A stretch of DNA of 64,000 bases from positions 84,942,001 through 85,006,000 of the forward strand of contig NC_087437.1 in assembly GCF_036321535.1 (NCBI RefSeq), read 5' to 3'. Position 1 is the stretch's first letter; every line of letters starts with the position of its first letter. Shown in pieces: positions 63,071-64,000 of the stretch. This DNA comes from Camelus dromedarius. Its lineage: Eukaryota. The notes under the pieces were generated by a model, which saw only the letters and a program-made list of their open reading frames with translations, was not told the origin of the DNA and made no database searches. The position numbers and the translations under genes were made by a program.

Positions 63071-64000
63071 ATGTAAAATATTAAGATGAGCAGTGATTCT
63101 CTAGGACATTCAACCTAACACTTTATCATTAATGAAATTCTATTACATGTCTATACGATATAAAATGAACATAACATTGAATAAATTGAAAACCTTGAAA
63201 GTGACCCTAGGCTTTTAATTTAAGAGTTATAAATTTCCTGAACTAAATATGCCAATTTCTTCCCCCTACTGTTTATAAATTTTTCTCATTCAGAACTATG
63301 ATATCTAAAACAACTTCTTCTCAAATCTAAGACTCACATATGGTGTCAAATTCAAATATTATAAACTATGTTTAGAAAAGGAAATACTTATTTTACTTAA
63401 ACCAAAGTTGTTATTATTGTTTGTAAACTAGGTGACAAATATATTGGAATTCTATGAAGTAGAAAATTGATTATGTATGTCTCTCCCCAGAAAAAAAGTC
63501 TGCATTCATTGCATGCAGTACAGACCAGCTCGATGTATCTAGATGGTGGCTATCCATCTAGGTGGCTAGGTGTTCAGCTATTATCTTTCACACTGATCAT
63601 TTACATTTCATTCCTTGGTAGTCTGCTGTGTTTGTGGCTGAGCCTTGCGCAGATGGTACAACAGAAGATTAAGTTGCCCCAACACTAAACTGAATGATTG
63701 ATGGCCGAGGTTTTCATATAGCAAAGTGCAATTTTGTTACATAATTACCAGAATTATATGCAGCACTATATCTATTTCCTGACTATAAATTGAAGGGTTG
63801 TTCTGTCTGAGTTATGAAAGAAATTATAGACTAATTTGTGGAAACAACATCTGTTGTGAACAGGCAAAAAGCTCTCGTAAGAAAGGAATAATTTATTTCC
63901 TTCTGTTTTGTAGCGATTTATAAGATCAAGAGAAAATGAAGGTATTTTCATAGTCTGTAGTCCTTTACAAAAATATTTATGTCTGCACTTGTATATTCTA

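Noticed and set aside
1..64000. A novel multi-gene biological system, CRISPR array, operon or prophage
   Set aside because: The window is mammalian non-coding DNA. It has no repeat-spacer array and no gene-dense region, and every ORF with recognisable homology is a transposon relic.

Overview
This is AT-rich, CpG-depleted placental mammal genomic DNA, either intergenic or deep intronic. It is most likely camelid (alpaca, llama or camel): it carries a tRNA-Ala-derived SINE of the Vic-1 type and cetartiodactyl-style L1 3' ends, and I saw no Alu, Bov-A/BovB, PRE1 or SINEC elements. I recognised no host protein-coding exon. The ORFs with recognisable homology are transposon relics, and the rest look like chance ORFs. 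The window is a layered fossil record of mobile elements: (1) an env-less ERV1 remnant (integrase plus 3' LTR, minus strand, 13.0-14.4 kb); (2) an ERV-L-class pol/dUTPase remnant interrupted by an L1 that itself holds a younger nested L1, creating the window's longest ORF, a chimeric one; (3) four MLT1 (MaLR) LTRs within 5 kb; (4) an ERV-L gag remnant; (5) a solo ERV1 LTR with a perfect 4-bp target-site duplication (TSD); (6) a MER5A DNA transposon; (7) many L1, L2 and MIR fragments; (8) a twin-primed, 5'-inverted L1; and (9) a tailless 5S rRNA retropseudogene inserted inside an old L1. I found no convincing previously undescribed biological system. The best leads are the antisense bias of L1s together with several plus-strand non-coding exon-like units (a possible host or lncRNA transcript), and two motif clusters (CAATAG x4 plus TATA; TGACA x5) that may be regulatory. 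Repeat subfamily names come from recall of consensus sequences, not from a database search, and boundaries of old repeats are approximate.
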